Assembly: GCA_963826785.1 (NCBI GenBank)
Contig: CAWGYD010000006.1
Span: 672,001-736,000, forward strand
Direction: 5' to 3'
Origin: an uncultured delta proteobacterium
Lineage (GTDB): Bacteria; Desulfobacterota; Desulfobacteria; Desulfobacterales; Desulfosalsimonadaceae
Length of the DNA: 64,000 nucleotides
Shown here: positions 10,715 to 21,261 of the stretch, piece by piece
Numbering within the stretch: the first letter of the stretch is position 1
Layout of the letters: every line of letters starts with the position of its first letter
Notes under the pieces: generated by a model
The model's input: only the letters and a program-made list of their open reading frames with translations
What the model was told of the DNA's origin: nothing
Databases searched by the model: none
Translations under genes and position numbers: made by a program

Positions 10715-10923
10715 ATCTTAAGATTTTGATTTACTCGTTGACCCTTTGCGTCTTATCCCGCGCAATCAGGCGAAAAAAATACGGGCGGCAACCCGAGTCC
10801 GCCGTTAACGCCTGATTTCCCTTCGCTTGAACATGTGCGCAGAATGGGTATTCTGTTGATAAGACCGGAAGGCAACGCGGCCGGCATTAATTGAAAAAAC
10901 CGGAAGAAAAAGGAGACCCGAAA

Positions 10924-11433
10924 ATGAATGCGATCGTTAAAAAAAATCTGATCTTCATTCTGATCTTGGCCTTGTGCCTGGTATCCGCCTCCTCGACAAC
11001 CGTTTTTGCCCAGGATTACCGGGCGCTGCGAGGGCTCAATTCGGTAAACACCATTTTTGATTTCCGCATGGACAATCCCCAGGGTGCGGTTGACCATCTG
11101 CAGCTGGTTCTCATTACCTATCAAAACAAGTATATCACCGATGTGGCCAAAAATCCGGACTTTGTGGTGGTTTTCATGGGGCCTTCCGTGAAGCTGCTGA
11201 CCAGGGAGGGCAAAGGGGTTTCGGGTGAGAAAAATCAGCAGGCCGGAAAGATCGCCCACGTGCTGACCCAGCTGAAAAATGCGGGGGTGAGACTGGAAGT
11301 CTGCGAAGTGGCCATGAACGCATTCGGGGTCGACAAGCGCAAATTGCTGCCGGAGTTGACCCCTGTGGGAAACGGCTGGATTTCCTCCATCGGTTATCAG
11401 AACAAGGGATACGCCCTGGTGCCGATTTTTTAG
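10924..11433 (+). CDS. Exported DsrE-family protein
   Basis: Signal peptide; VVVFMGPSV and GVRLEVCEVA motifs; C-terminal YQ.KGYALVPI. Confidence 0.75.
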   Translation: MNAIVKKNLIFILILALCLVSASSTTVFAQDYRALRGLNSVNTIFDFRMDNPQGAVDHLQLVLITYQNKYITDVAKNPDFVVVFMGPSVKLLTREGKGVSGEKNQQAGKIAHVLTQLKNAGVRLEVCEVAMNAFGVDKRKLLPELTPVGNGWISSIGYQNKGYALVPIF

Positions 11434-11449
11434 GATTTTTATAGCCGGG

Positions 11450-11620
11450 TCAGGCGTATGCGCCGGCCAGTGAAATGATTTTTGTACAGATCCCGCCAAA
11501 TGCGTTAAATACAAACCGGTCACCCTCCCGGCGGGCGGGCAGGTTTGCGTCAAGATCGGCGGGAAGCGCGGAATAGAGCCGGTCCAGGTTTTCTTTTGCA
11601 ATCTTTTGATAATTATCCAT
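11450..11620 (-). pseudogene. Truncated N-terminal fragment of a conserved deltaproteobacterial protein (DUF3786-like)
   Basis: MDNYQKIAKENLDRLY...F.F.AFG..C, then an early stop. Confidence 0.4.
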
Positions 11621-11747
11621 GATTTGTCGGCCCATCCTTTTCCTTTGATTTTGCCTTATCTTTTCCAATGTTTTTCCAATATGCTCCAATGTGCCATATT
11701 TATAATCCATTTTCAAAAATCAATTTGCAAAAAATAATGGGCAAAAA

Positions 11748-12494
11748 ATGATGCTAACGGACCAGGCGATAAGACCCTCACCTGTATGGATCAGCCATCG
11801 CGGGTTCAAGGAAGAGGCGATCGAAAACACGCTGGGTGCGTTCCAATCTGCGATTTCCCTGGGATTTGACGCGCTTGAAACCGACCTTCGCATCACCGGC
11901 GACGGCCATATCGTCTTGTCCCACGATCGCAGCCTCAAGCGTCTTTTCAATCTGGATGTACCCGTGGACCGTATTTCCAGAAGCGCGCTTTCGGAATTGA
12001 AACTTGCGGACGGGTCAAGCCCGCTGTTTTTAGATGATTTCGCAGAAGCGTTTGCGGATTTTTACTGGGTTTTTGACATCAAGCCGGAAACAGGGGAAAG
12101 GACCATCCGCGCACTGGACCGATGGGCGGATGCCGCTGGGATCAGGCAAAAACTTGTTTTAAAGACGAAATTTCTGGCATGGCGGAAAGGACATGAGGAA
12201 ATGCTTCAATCCCTGTTCACGGGGGCGACATTTTACGCGCGGCAGGAAGAATGCTGGCGTGCAGGGCTTGCGGTAATGGCGCGGCTGCCCGGCGCAGGGG
12301 GCATCCGGACCGGACGGACCTACGCCCTGCCGCCCGCTTTTTTCCGCATTCCGCTGTATCAAAAGCGGATCGTCCGATATTTCCATGCACGCGGGGCGAA
12401 GGTCGTGGCGTTTCTGCCGGAAACCCGGAAGCAGTTGCGGGCGGCCGCTGAAGCGGGTTTCAACGAGATCCTGACCAATTTAAATCGCTTGTAA
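11748..12494 (+). CDS. Glycerophosphodiester phosphodiesterase family protein
   Basis: SHRG, ENTLGAF, ETDLR.T.DG..VLSHD, DIK motifs. Confidence 0.88.
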   Translation: MMLTDQAIRPSPVWISHRGFKEEAIENTLGAFQSAISLGFDALETDLRITGDGHIVLSHDRSLKRLFNLDVPVDRISRSALSELKLADGSSPLFLDDFAEAFADFYWVFDIKPETGERTIRALDRWADAAGIRQKLVLKTKFLAWRKGHEEMLQSLFTGATFYARQEECWRAGLAVMARLPGAGGIRTGRTYALPPAFFRIPLYQKRIVRYFHARGAKVVAFLPETRKQLRAAAEAGFNEILTNLNRL

Positions 12495-12502
12495 TAGAAA
12501 AC

Positions 12503-12543
12503 AAACCTCTCCCCGGTGTCAAAGCCAGAGCAGGAGAGGTTTT
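12503..12543. terminator. Probable bidirectional terminator between converging genes
   Basis: AAACCTCTCC...GGAGAGGTTT inverted repeat. Confidence 0.5.
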
Positions 12544-12607
12544 AATGGCAATCTGATAAAGTGGGGGATCAACAAGGCTTGAAGCGGAAAAAGAGGTGGC
12601 AGCAGTG

Positions 12608-12790
12608 CTATTCGTTCTTGCGTTTATCCTCGATCTGTTCGGGCGGCTTTTCCCCTTCTTTGGTCGCCTTCTTGAAATTCTGGATCCCTTTTCCCAGCCC
12701 GGCCCCGATTTCGGGCAGCTTTCCCGCGCCGAAAATAATCAGGATAATGACCAGGATGATGATCAGTTCAGGTATGCCGATGCCAAACAT
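12608..12790 (-). CDS. tatA: Twin-arginine translocase subunit TatA
   Basis: [46 protein letters not shown]. Confidence 0.95.
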   Translation of the reverse strand: MFGIGIPELIIILVIILIIFGAGKLPEIGAGLGKGIQNFKKATKEGEKPPEQIEDKRKNE

Positions 12791-13057
12791 ATGTCCTCCT
12801 CGTATCTGAATGCGGCCCGGCTTGAGTGGCCAGGATCGGTGTTGTGGCCGCATGTGTTTTGAATTCGAAATATTTTCATCATTTTGACGTCCCCAAAGAT
12901 AAGTAAATCCGCATCTCCTGTCAATCTTTTCCCCGGTCCCCCGCAAAAATTTAAAATATAAAAAACTTGTCATGTCATCAGATATCATTTAAAATAATAG
13001 ATTTAATAAGCAAATCGGCTGTCGGGAATATGGTCAGCCGGAAAGGATGACGCTGCC

Positions 13058-14125
13058 TTGACAACTTCGTTTCGCCCCAATGGACTGCCCGCCTGGATCG
13101 GAAGTCTGCCGGTAAGGGATCACGATCAGGCCGTCCGTCTCATGATGGAATATACACCCGACATTCCTATCTGGATTCAGCTGCCCGCCTTTAAAAAGGA
13201 AGGTATGATCCCGCAGTTTCTGCCCGGCATGCCGGGATTGAGCCAGGCAGACGATAAGGTGTTCATCAATTCTGTTTCAGATGAATTCGATGGGCAGCTG
13301 GTATCCTTTTTCGAAGATTATCTGGCCATCAGCGAGGATGAAAAAAGTCTTCAGGATTCCCGGTTTGCCTTGGACGCCGATGTGGCTCCCGGGTTTTTCG
13401 CGTTCACCGAAGCAATGGATGCACTGGAGAAACCCCCGGCAGCGGTCAAAGGGCAGGTCACGGGCCCGTTCACCTTCACCACGGGCGTTGTCGATGAAAA
13501 CGGCCGGGCCATTTTTTACCAGGATCAGCTGCGTGACGCCGCCGTCAAGCTCATCGCCTTGAAGGCTCGATGGCAGGTCCGGCAGCTCAAGCGCTACAAC
13601 GTGCCGGTGATCATGTTCCTGGACGAACCCGCCCTGGCCGGGTACGGGTCCTCCGCCTTCATCAGCATCTCCAGGGAGGAAGTGGATGCGTGCCTGAAAG
13701 AGGTGATCGATGCGGTTCACCAGGAAGGCGGCATTGCCGGGGTGCACGTGTGCGCCAATGCCGAGTGGTCCATTATTCTGGATTCACCCGCCGATATCGT
13801 CAGCTTCGATGCCTATTCCTTCTTCGACAAATTCATCCTCTATGCCGGCCAGATCCGGAAATTCATGGACAAGGGCGGCATCATGGCCTGGGGAATCGTT
13901 CCCACCGGCAGCCCCGAGGCGGTTGCCGAGGCGAGCCTGGATTCGCTGGCGGCCTTGTGGGAAACCGAGGTCCGGCAATTAGAAGCTTTAGGGATCAAAC
14001 GGGATGACATCATCGCGCAGTCGTTGATTACGCCCAGCTGCGGGACCGGTTCCCTTGCCCTTGATCAGGCGCTGAAGGTGATTACCTTGACCCGGGAACT
14101 GTCCGACCGGATCCGGAATACGTAA
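13058..14125 (+). CDS. MetE C-terminal-like (core) methionine synthase
   Basis: IGSLP, KGQVTGPFT, FLDEP, HVC, WGIVP and TPSCG motifs; single catalytic barrel of 355 aa. Confidence 0.7.
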   Translation: MTTSFRPNGLPAWIGSLPVRDHDQAVRLMMEYTPDIPIWIQLPAFKKEGMIPQFLPGMPGLSQADDKVFINSVSDEFDGQLVSFFEDYLAISEDEKSLQDSRFALDADVAPGFFAFTEAMDALEKPPAAVKGQVTGPFTFTTGVVDENGRAIFYQDQLRDAAVKLIALKARWQVRQLKRYNVPVIMFLDEPALAGYGSSAFISISREEVDACLKEVIDAVHQEGGIAGVHVCANAEWSIILDSPADIVSFDAYSFFDKFILYAGQIRKFMDKGGIMAWGIVPTGSPEAVAEASLDSLAALWETEVRQLEALGIKRDDIIAQSLITPSCGTGSLALDQALKVITLTRELSDRIRNT

Positions 14126-14171
14126 ATATTCGCAATCGAATCTAATTTCATATGTAAATTGAGGAAGAAGC

Positions 14172-15025
14172 ATGCTGCAGCAGACAAAATCCAATGAATT
14201 TACCGGCGCGCGCAAATATGTGCTGGACGAGGAACTGGCCAAGATCGTCAATATTTCCATGGGGCTGGAGATGCCCCTGCTGCTGAAGGGCGAACCCGGG
14301 ACCGGCAAGACCATGCTTGCCCATGCCATTGCCGAAACCCTGAAGATGCCCCTGATCGTGTTAAACGTCAAATCGAACATGAAGCTGGTGGAGGCCCTGT
14401 ATCAGTACGATACGCTCACCCGCCTCAACGACAGCCGGTTCGGCGATTCCACCCGGGATGTCAGCCGGATAGAGGACTACATCAAGATGGGCAAGATCGG
14501 TCAGGCCTTCACCGCGGACACCCGGACCGTCTTGCTGATCGACGAAATCGACAAGGCGGACACCGATTTTCAGGACGACATGCTCGATGTTCTGGACCAG
14601 ATGGAATTCGACATCATCGAGATCGATAAGACCGTCCGGGCCAAACACCGGCCGGTGATCATCATCACATCAAATGCCAAGAAGGACCTGTCCGATCCGT
14701 TCCTGGGCCGGTGCAATTTCCATCACATCGCCTTTCCGGACCCCAAGATGATGCGCCTGATCATCGATGTCCATTTTCCCGATATCGAAAACGACCTCAT
14801 GGAGAGCGCCATCGCCGCCTTTTACCAGATGCGGGAGATCGACACGGTGGAGAAGAAGCCGGCCACCCGCGAACTGATCAACTGGATGCGGGCGCTGCAG
14901 CCGATCCGGAGTTCAAGGCCAAGCAGCTGGCCAAGGGCGATATCCCGTATCTCGGCGTCCTGTTCAAGAAAAGCCAGGATTATGTCACGGCCAGCAACAT
15001 CATCAGCCGAAGAAAGATCTTTTGA
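14172..15025 (+). CDS. MoxR-family AAA+ ATPase (frameshift near 14900)
   Basis: GEPGTGKT, LLIDEIDKAD, KKPATRELINW. The C-terminus ADPEFKAK...IPYLGVLFK continues in another frame to the stop at 15025. Confidence 0.85.
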
Positions 15026-15153
15026 CACTCCGATCCCCTCGAGGGGGGAAAAGCGGGGCACTCTCGAACCCTGTATGGGGAATTAGCGGAATTTGAACTC
15101 TGAGCGGGACACCTCTCCCAAAATCCCCCCTTGAGGGGGGCCAGGGGGGTGTC
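15024..15153. repeat. REP/BIME-like palindromic element, copy 1
   Basis: The end TCCCAAAATCCCCCCTTGAGGGGGGCCAGGGGGGTGTC is nearly the reverse complement of the start of the element at 18034. Confidence 0.7.
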
Positions 15154-15213
15154 TTGGTGGGTTGGCTTAACTATAAAATCGCAATATTGAACTAACAACA
15201 GCATAGTCAAATC

Positions 15214-16404
15214 ATGTTTGTCGAATTTTTTTTCAAATTAAAAGACGCGGGGATCCCCGTCAGCCCCACCTCCTTTCTCACCCTGCAGAAGGCGCTGAGC
15301 AGGGGGATGGTCAATTCCCTGGAGGATTTCTACACGGTCTCCCGGGCGGTGCTGATTAAGTCCGAGCGCAATTTCGACCTGTTCGACCAGGTATTCGCCC
15401 ATTTCTTTGAAGGGGCGGAAATGCCGGACGTGGAAGGGTTTGAACTCGACGGCATCGCTAAAGCCATGCTGGACCAGTGGCTAAAAGACCCCAAATCCAT
15501 TGCCGATGCCCTGGGAATCGACGAATCCGCCTTGAAAAGCATGTCGCCGGACGAACTGATCGACTATTTCAAGAAGCGGCTGGAAGAGCAGACCGAGCGC
15601 CACGACGGCGGCAACAAATGGATCGGCACCGGCGGGACCTCGCCGGTGGGCCATTCCGGGTATCACCCGGGCGGCATGCGCGTGGGCGGCGTTTCCAAGA
15701 ACAAGTCCGCGGTCAAGGTGGCCAATGAGCGGCGCTACAAGGACTATTCCCGTTCCGGCCCCCTGACCAACGCCCTGATGGGAGAGGCGCTCAAGCGGCT
15801 CCGCAACCTGGTGCCGGCCGGTCCCAAGGACCGGATCAACGTGGATGAAAGCATCTACCAGACCATGAAAAACGCCGGGGAGATCGAGATCGTCTTTGAC
15901 CGGGATTTAAAGGACCGGCTCAAGGTGATTCTGGCCATCGACAACGGCGGCTGGTCCATGGAGCCCTATGTCCAGGTGGTGCAGACCCTGTTTGATTATG
16001 CCCGTTCCCAGTTCAAGGATGTAAAAACCTGCTTTTTCCACAACACCATTTATGATACCGTGTGGGAAGATCCGGCCCGGTACCGCAAACCCCATCGGGT
16101 GGCGGATTTTTCCCGGAAGGACCCGGAAACCCGCCTGATCCTGGTGGGGGACGCCAGCATGGCCCCCTATGAACTCATGGCGCGGGACGGATCCATTTAT
16201 ATTCACGAGCGCAGCGGAAAGGCCAGCATTGATCAGCTGCAGTTTCTGGCGGAAACCTTCCCGCACAGTGTCTGGCTCAACCCGGTTCCTGCCCGGATGT
16301 GGCCCTACACGCGGACCATCATGGCCATCCGCCAGATCTTTCCCATGTTCGAACTCAGCATTGACGGCATCGAAGAGGCGGTCACACAGTTGATGGCCGC
16401 GTAA
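15214..16404 (+). CDS. VWA-domain CoxE-like partner of MoxR
   Basis: ERHDGGNKWIGTGGTSP.GH.G, D.GGWSM, VGDASMAPYEL, WLNP motifs. Confidence 0.85.
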   Translation: MFVEFFFKLKDAGIPVSPTSFLTLQKALSRGMVNSLEDFYTVSRAVLIKSERNFDLFDQVFAHFFEGAEMPDVEGFELDGIAKAMLDQWLKDPKSIADALGIDESALKSMSPDELIDYFKKRLEEQTERHDGGNKWIGTGGTSPVGHSGYHPGGMRVGGVSKNKSAVKVANERRYKDYSRSGPLTNALMGEALKRLRNLVPAGPKDRINVDESIYQTMKNAGEIEIVFDRDLKDRLKVILAIDNGGWSMEPYVQVVQTLFDYARSQFKDVKTCFFHNTIYDTVWEDPARYRKPHRVADFSRKDPETRLILVGDASMAPYELMARDGSIYIHERSGKASIDQLQFLAETFPHSVWLNPVPARMWPYTRTIMAIRQIFPMFELSIDGIEEAVTQLMAA

Positions 16405-16428
16405 AACATAGAGAAACAAGAGGAGATT

Positions 16429-16896
16429 ATGAATTCAGCGAGGCGAGATTCAATCCGGTTGGGGTCCGTTTTTTTTATCATCCTGGTGACGGTTATCCTG
16501 CTGTCCGGCCCGGCCTGGGCCAAGCGGATGTGCGTGGACGCGGATATTGCCAATATCCGGTCCGGGCCCGGCACGGAATACGAGGTGCTGTGGCGGGCGG
16601 AAAAATACACCCCCATCGAGACCATCCAGGTCGATAAATCCGGGGACTGGTATTATTTCAAGGATTTTGAAGGGACCAAGGCCTGGATTCATAAGAATAT
16701 CATCGCCGGCACCGACACCGTGATCACCCGGAAGGGCCCCTCAAACGTCCGTTCCGGCCCCGGAACCAATTTCGATACGGTTTTCCAGGCGGAAAAGGGT
16801 GTCCCCTTCAAGGTCCTGGAGCGAAAAGGGGACTGGATTCACATCCAGCATGCGGATGGGGACACCGGCTGGATTCACAAGATCCTGGTTTGGTAA
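16429..16896 (+). CDS. Exported protein with two bacterial SH3 domains
   Basis: Signal peptide; two N.RSGPGT...GWIHK repeats. Confidence 0.88.
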   Translation: MNSARRDSIRLGSVFFIILVTVILLSGPAWAKRMCVDADIANIRSGPGTEYEVLWRAEKYTPIETIQVDKSGDWYYFKDFEGTKAWIHKNIIAGTDTVITRKGPSNVRSGPGTNFDTVFQAEKGVPFKVLERKGDWIHIQHADGDTGWIHKILVW

Positions 16897-16927
16897 AACA
16901 GGCGTGGTAAAACAGGATTGGTAAAGC
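16891..16927 (+). repeat. Short tandem repeat (14-bp unit, ~2.6 copies)
   Basis: TGGTAAAACAGGCG TGGTAAAACAGGAT TGGTAAAGC. Confidence 0.6.
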
Positions 16928-16977
16928 AATTGACCATTTTCAATTGATGATTGTCAATGATCAACGAAAAGGAGAAT

Positions 16978-17970
16978 ATGGGTTTATTAGGAATACATGA
17001 CGACCGGAAAATGATCGTGGGCGTAGGATCGGCCCTGGTGGATATGCTGGCCCAGGAGGATGACGAATTCCTGGAACTCATTGGTGTGCCCAAGGGGGGC
17101 ATGAACCTGGTGGAGAACCATTTTATCGAAGACCTTCTGGATCGGGCGTCCCGTCCGCCGTCAGTGGTGCCGGGGGGCTCGGCCTGCAATACCGCCATCG
17201 GGGTCAGCAAACTCGGCGGCGCATCCCGTTTTATCGGGAAAATGGGGCCGGATGAACTGGGCGCTCTGTTTCATTCGGACTTGAAGAAGCACAATGTGGA
17301 GCCGCTCCTGTTCATGTCCGAGAACCCCACCGGCCGGGTGGTCTCCGTGATTACCCCGGATGCCCAGCGCTCCATGTTCACCCACCTGGGGGCCGCTTCG
17401 GAGATGCTGCCCGAGGAACTCACCCCGGAGTGCTTCAGGGATGCCGCCGTGGTCCATGTGGAAGGCTATCTCCTGTTCAACCGCGAGTTGATGATGGCCG
17501 CGCTCAAATCCGCCAAGACCGCCGGCGCCCTGGTCAGCCTGGACCTGGCCAGTTTCAACGTGGTGGAAGAATCGCGCGACATCCTGAATGACATCATCGA
17601 AGAATACATCGATATTCTCATCGCAAACGAAGATGAGGCCCGCGCCTTTACCGGTGACACGGATGAAGCCAAAGCCCTGGCGAAACTGTCGGAAAATACC
17701 GATATCGCCGTGTTGAAACTGGGCTCCCGGGGCAGCGTGGTATCCGTGGAAGGAAAGATCACGGCCATTCCCGGCATGGGATCGGGAAGCGCCCTGGACA
17801 CCACCGGTGCCGGGGACCTGTGGGCATCCGGGTTCCTGTTCGGCATGGTCAACGGCTATTCCGTGGAAGCAAGCGGCATGCTGGGATCCGCCTGCGGGTA
17901 CGAGGTCTGCCAGGTCATCGGCGCCAGCATTGCCAGTGACGGCTGGGACCGCATCCGGAAATTGCTGTAG
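16978..17970 (+). CDS. PfkB-family sugar/adenosine kinase
   Basis: GSALVD, PGGSACNT, ANEDEA, DTTGAGDLWASGFL motifs. Confidence 0.9.
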   Translation: MGLLGIHDDRKMIVGVGSALVDMLAQEDDEFLELIGVPKGGMNLVENHFIEDLLDRASRPPSVVPGGSACNTAIGVSKLGGASRFIGKMGPDELGALFHSDLKKHNVEPLLFMSENPTGRVVSVITPDAQRSMFTHLGAASEMLPEELTPECFRDAAVVHVEGYLLFNRELMMAALKSAKTAGALVSLDLASFNVVEESRDILNDIIEEYIDILIANEDEARAFTGDTDEAKALAKLSENTDIAVLKLGSRGSVVSVEGKITAIPGMGSGSALDTTGAGDLWASGFLFGMVNGYSVEASGMLGSACGYEVCQVIGASIASDGWDRIRKLL

Positions 17971-18033
17971 AAATCGCGATACGTGCGGTTGCAGGATAAA
18001 TGAGTAATTGAATATGTTGAGTTCTGCTGTCCA

Positions 18034-18247
18034 GACACCCCCCTGGCCCCCCTCGAGGGGGGATTTTGGGAGGGGGCACCCCGCTTAATAAGGGGGATTT
18101 CGGGAGGGAGCGTTCGGCTTAACAGGGGGGATTTTAGAAGGGGGACGCCCCTCTTAATCTCCCTTAGAAGGGGACGCCCCCTTGGTGCCCCCTTGGAAAG
18201 GGGACACTCCGCTTAATTCCCCCCTTGAGGGGGGCCAGGGGAGTGTC
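18034..18247. repeat. REP/BIME-like palindromic cluster, copy 2
   Basis: Terminal inverted units GACACCCCCCTGGCCCCCCTCGAGGGGGGATT ... ATTCCCCCCTTGAGGGGGGCCAGGGGAGTGTC, with degenerate internal G-rich units. Confidence 0.75.
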
Positions 18248-18323
18248 GCTATGACAATGCCTCTACGGGTGACCGGACAGCACGTTAAACCACCTTCTAT
18301 TTGACTTTTTTGGAGAAACACTC

Positions 18324-19007
18324 ATGGCAGACGAAAAATCACGTAAAGAGCTCCTGGAAGAACCCGATCCGTTTCTGGTATTTGTCAATAAAGCAATGGC
18401 GTTCGGCAAGAAATACCAGCAGCAGCTCATCGTTGCCGTGGGCGCGGTGGTCCTGGTGGCCATCGTGGTCAGCGGCATCATTTATTACCAGGGCAAGGAA
18501 GAGGACCGGTCCGCGGCCCTGCTCGGCCAGGCCATCGCGAAATACCAGACCATGCAGCAGAAGGGCCCCACCTTTATTGATTATGAATCATTGAAAAATG
18601 ATTTCAAAACCATCATGGACAAGCATGGAAGTACGGGCGCGGGGCATGCCGCCCTGCTCGAGTATGCAAACCTGGCCTATGTCACAAAAGATTATGATAC
18701 CGCCATCGCCACCTATGAAAAGGCGCTGGATATCTATGACGACCAGGCCGAATTCAAAAACCTGATTTACAATGGCCTGGCCTATGCCTATGAGGGGAAA
18801 AACGACCTGGAAAAAGCCCGGTCCAACTATGAGATGATCATATCCGATCCCCAGACCGGGCTCAAGGATCAGGCCCTGTTCAACCTTGCCCGTATTTATG
18901 AAAAGCAGGGCAAGGAAAAGGAGAAAACCCAGGCCTACCAGCAGATTGTGGCCGAATACCCGGATTCCATGTATTACGAACTGGCCAGGGAAAAAACCGC
19001 CGGGTGA
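18324..19007 (+). CDS. YfgM-like membrane-anchored TPR protein
   Basis: SRKELLEEPDPF N-terminus, single TM helix, TPR helices. Confidence 0.8.
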   Translation: MADEKSRKELLEEPDPFLVFVNKAMAFGKKYQQQLIVAVGAVVLVAIVVSGIIYYQGKEEDRSAALLGQAIAKYQTMQQKGPTFIDYESLKNDFKTIMDKHGSTGAGHAALLEYANLAYVTKDYDTAIATYEKALDIYDDQAEFKNLIYNGLAYAYEGKNDLEKARSNYEMIISDPQTGLKDQALFNLARIYEKQGKEKEKTQAYQQIVAEYPDSMYYELAREKTAG

Positions 19008-19032
19008 TCCGGCCGCCACAGCGGGTAACCTC

Positions 19033-21261
19033 ATGCAGGTGGATTTAACCGGTCAGATCGACCGCATCACCTATTCGAACCCGGAAAACGGCTACACCAT
19101 CGCCCGGCTGAAGGTCCGGGGCGAAAAGCGGGTGGTCACGGTGGTGGGCAGCCTGATGGAGCCGATGCCCGGTGAAATCCTGGAGATGAAGGGCCGCTGG
19201 AAAATTCATCCCTCCTACGGCGAGCAGTTCGAAGTGGAGGAATATCGCACCACTGTTCCCTCCAGCATCTTCGGGATCAAAAAATACCTGGGTTCCGGAC
19301 TCATCAAGGGAATCGGGCCGAAAATGGCCGAGCGCATCGTGGACGTGTTCGGCAAAAAAACCCTGCACATCATCGAGCACCACATCCATAAGCTCGCCGA
19401 GATCGAGGGGATCGGCGAAAAGCGGATACAGATGATCCGGGCCGCCTGGGGCGAGCAGAAGGAAATCCGGCAGGTGATGGTATTCCTGCAGACCCACCAG
19501 GTCAGCTGCGGATATGCCGTCAAGATTTTCAAGCAATACGGAGACCGCTCCATCGAGGTGGTGACCGGCAATCCCTATCAGCTGGCCACGGACATCTTCG
19601 GCATCGGGTTTTTGACCGCCGACAAGATCGCCGCCAATCTCGGCTTCGCCAAGGACTCCCCCCTGCGCATCCAGGCCGGCATCCTCTATGTCTTAAATGC
19701 CCTTTCCGATGACGGCCATGTCTGTTACCCCTACCTGCCCCTGATCGGAAAATGCGGTGAAATCCTGGAGGTGGCCGATACCCTGGTGGCCGATGCCCTG
19801 GCCCGTGCCGCCGGGGATCGGCAGATCGTCATCGAGCAGCACGAGGCGCTTGCCGAATCCGACGGGAACCGGATCATGGTCTACCTGGCCCGCCATCATG
19901 TGTGCGAAAACGGAATCGCCTGGATGATCCGGCGGCTGCTGTCGGTCCCCCGGTCGATCCGCAGGATCGATGCGCCCCGGGCCGTGACGTGGGTGCAGGG
20001 CGAGTTGTCCTTCACCCTGGCCGAAAAGCAGGAAGAAGCCATCTCCCTGGCCACGGAACAAAAGGTGATGGTCATCACCGGCGGCCCCGGCACCGGAAAA
20101 ACCACCATCATCCGGGCGGTGCTGAAAATTTTCAGCCGGCTGGGCGCAGCCATCGCGCTTGCCGCCCCCACGGGCCGGGCCGCCAAACAGATGAGCGAAG
20201 CCACCGGCCATGCCGCTTCCACCATTCACCGGCTGCTTTCCTACAACCCCCACAGCGGCGGGTTCCAGAAAAACGACCGGGACCTTCTGGAATGCAGCCT
20301 GCTCATCGTAGATGAAGCCTCCATGATCGACACGGTTTTGATGTACCACCTGCTCAAGGCCGTTCCGGCATCGGCCATCCTGATCCTGGTGGGGGACGTG
20401 AACCAGCTTCCTTCGGTGGGGGCGGGCAACGTGCTAAACGATATCATCGCCTCGGGCATCGTGCCCGTGGTCCGCTTGAATGAAATCTTCCGCCAGGCAA
20501 AGCAGAGCCGGATCATCGTCAACGCTCACCGGATCAACAACGGCTACATGCCGGAAATCGAAGCCGACAACCCCACCACGGATTTTTATTTTATCGAAGC
20601 CGAGGAACCCGAGCGGGTGCTGGACATCATCCTGGAGCTTGCCCACACCCGGATTCCGAAAAAATTTGGGCTGGACGGGACCTGCGATATCCAGGTCCTT
20701 TCCCCCATGCACCGGGGAACCGTGGGCGCCGTCAATTTAAACGCCTGCCTCCAGAAGCGGCTCAACCCCTCCGGTGACGGGATCACCTACGGCGGAGCCA
20801 CCTTCCACATCGGCGACAAGGTGATGCAGATCCGCAACAATTATGATAAGAACGTGTTCAACGGCGACATGGGGCGGGTGAGCGCCATCAACCGGGAGAT
20901 CCGGGAACTCCTGGTCGATTTTGACGGCCGGTCCGTTCCCTATGATTTTTCGGAGCTGGATGAAATTGTGCTCGCCTATGCCGTATCCGTGCACAAGTCC
21001 CAGGGATCGGAATACCCGGCGGTGGTCATGCCGGTGCACACCCAGCATTACCTGCTGCTGCAGCGCAACCTGATCTACACGGCGGTGACCCGGGGCCGAA
21101 AGCTGGTGATGCTGGTGGGAACCCGAAAGGCCCTGTACATCGGCATCAAGAACGACAAGACCCAGAAGCGATTCACCCGCTTGAAGCATCGGCTGAAAGG
21201 GGACGCATTCCTGAAAAATCCGGACGGCATCTCAAACTCATCACAGGAGGCGGCGTTATGA
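19033..21261 (+). CDS. recD2: ATP-dependent RecD2-like DNA helicase
   Basis: YLGSGLIKGIG HhH, GGPGTGKT, IVDEASM, GD..QLPSVGAG, HKSQGSEY, YTAVTR. Confidence 0.93.
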   Translation: MQVDLTGQIDRITYSNPENGYTIARLKVRGEKRVVTVVGSLMEPMPGEILEMKGRWKIHPSYGEQFEVEEYRTTVPSSIFGIKKYLGSGLIKGIGPKMAERIVDVFGKKTLHIIEHHIHKLAEIEGIGEKRIQMIRAAWGEQKEIRQVMVFLQTHQVSCGYAVKIFKQYGDRSIEVVTGNPYQLATDIFGIGFLTADKIAANLGFAKDSPLRIQAGILYVLNALSDDGHVCYPYLPLIGKCGEILEVADTLVADALARAAGDRQIVIEQHEALAESDGNRIMVYLARHHVCENGIAWMIRRLLSVPRSIRRIDAPRAVTWVQGELSFTLAEKQEEAISLATEQKVMVITGGPGTGKTTIIRAVLKIFSRLGAAIALAAPTGRAAKQMSEATGHAASTIHRLLSYNPHSGGFQKNDRDLLECSLLIVDEASMIDTVLMYHLLKAVPASAILILVGDVNQLPSVGAGNVLNDIIASGIVPVVRLNEIFRQAKQSRIIVNAHRINNGYMPEIEADNPTTDFYFIEAEEPERVLDIILELAHTRIPKKFGLDGTCDIQVLSPMHRGTVGAVNLNACLQKRLNPSGDGITYGGATFHIGDKVMQIRNNYDKNVFNGDMGRVSAINREIRELLVDFDGRSVPYDFSELDEIVLAYAVSVHKSQGSEYPAVVMPVHTQHYLLLQRNLIYTAVTRGRKLVMLVGTRKALYIGIKNDKTQKRFTRLKHRLKGDAFLKNPDGISNSSQEAAL

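Noticed and set aside
14890..14910. Programmed frameshift in moxR
   Set aside because: No slippery sequence; a single missing G best explains it, probably a sequencing error.
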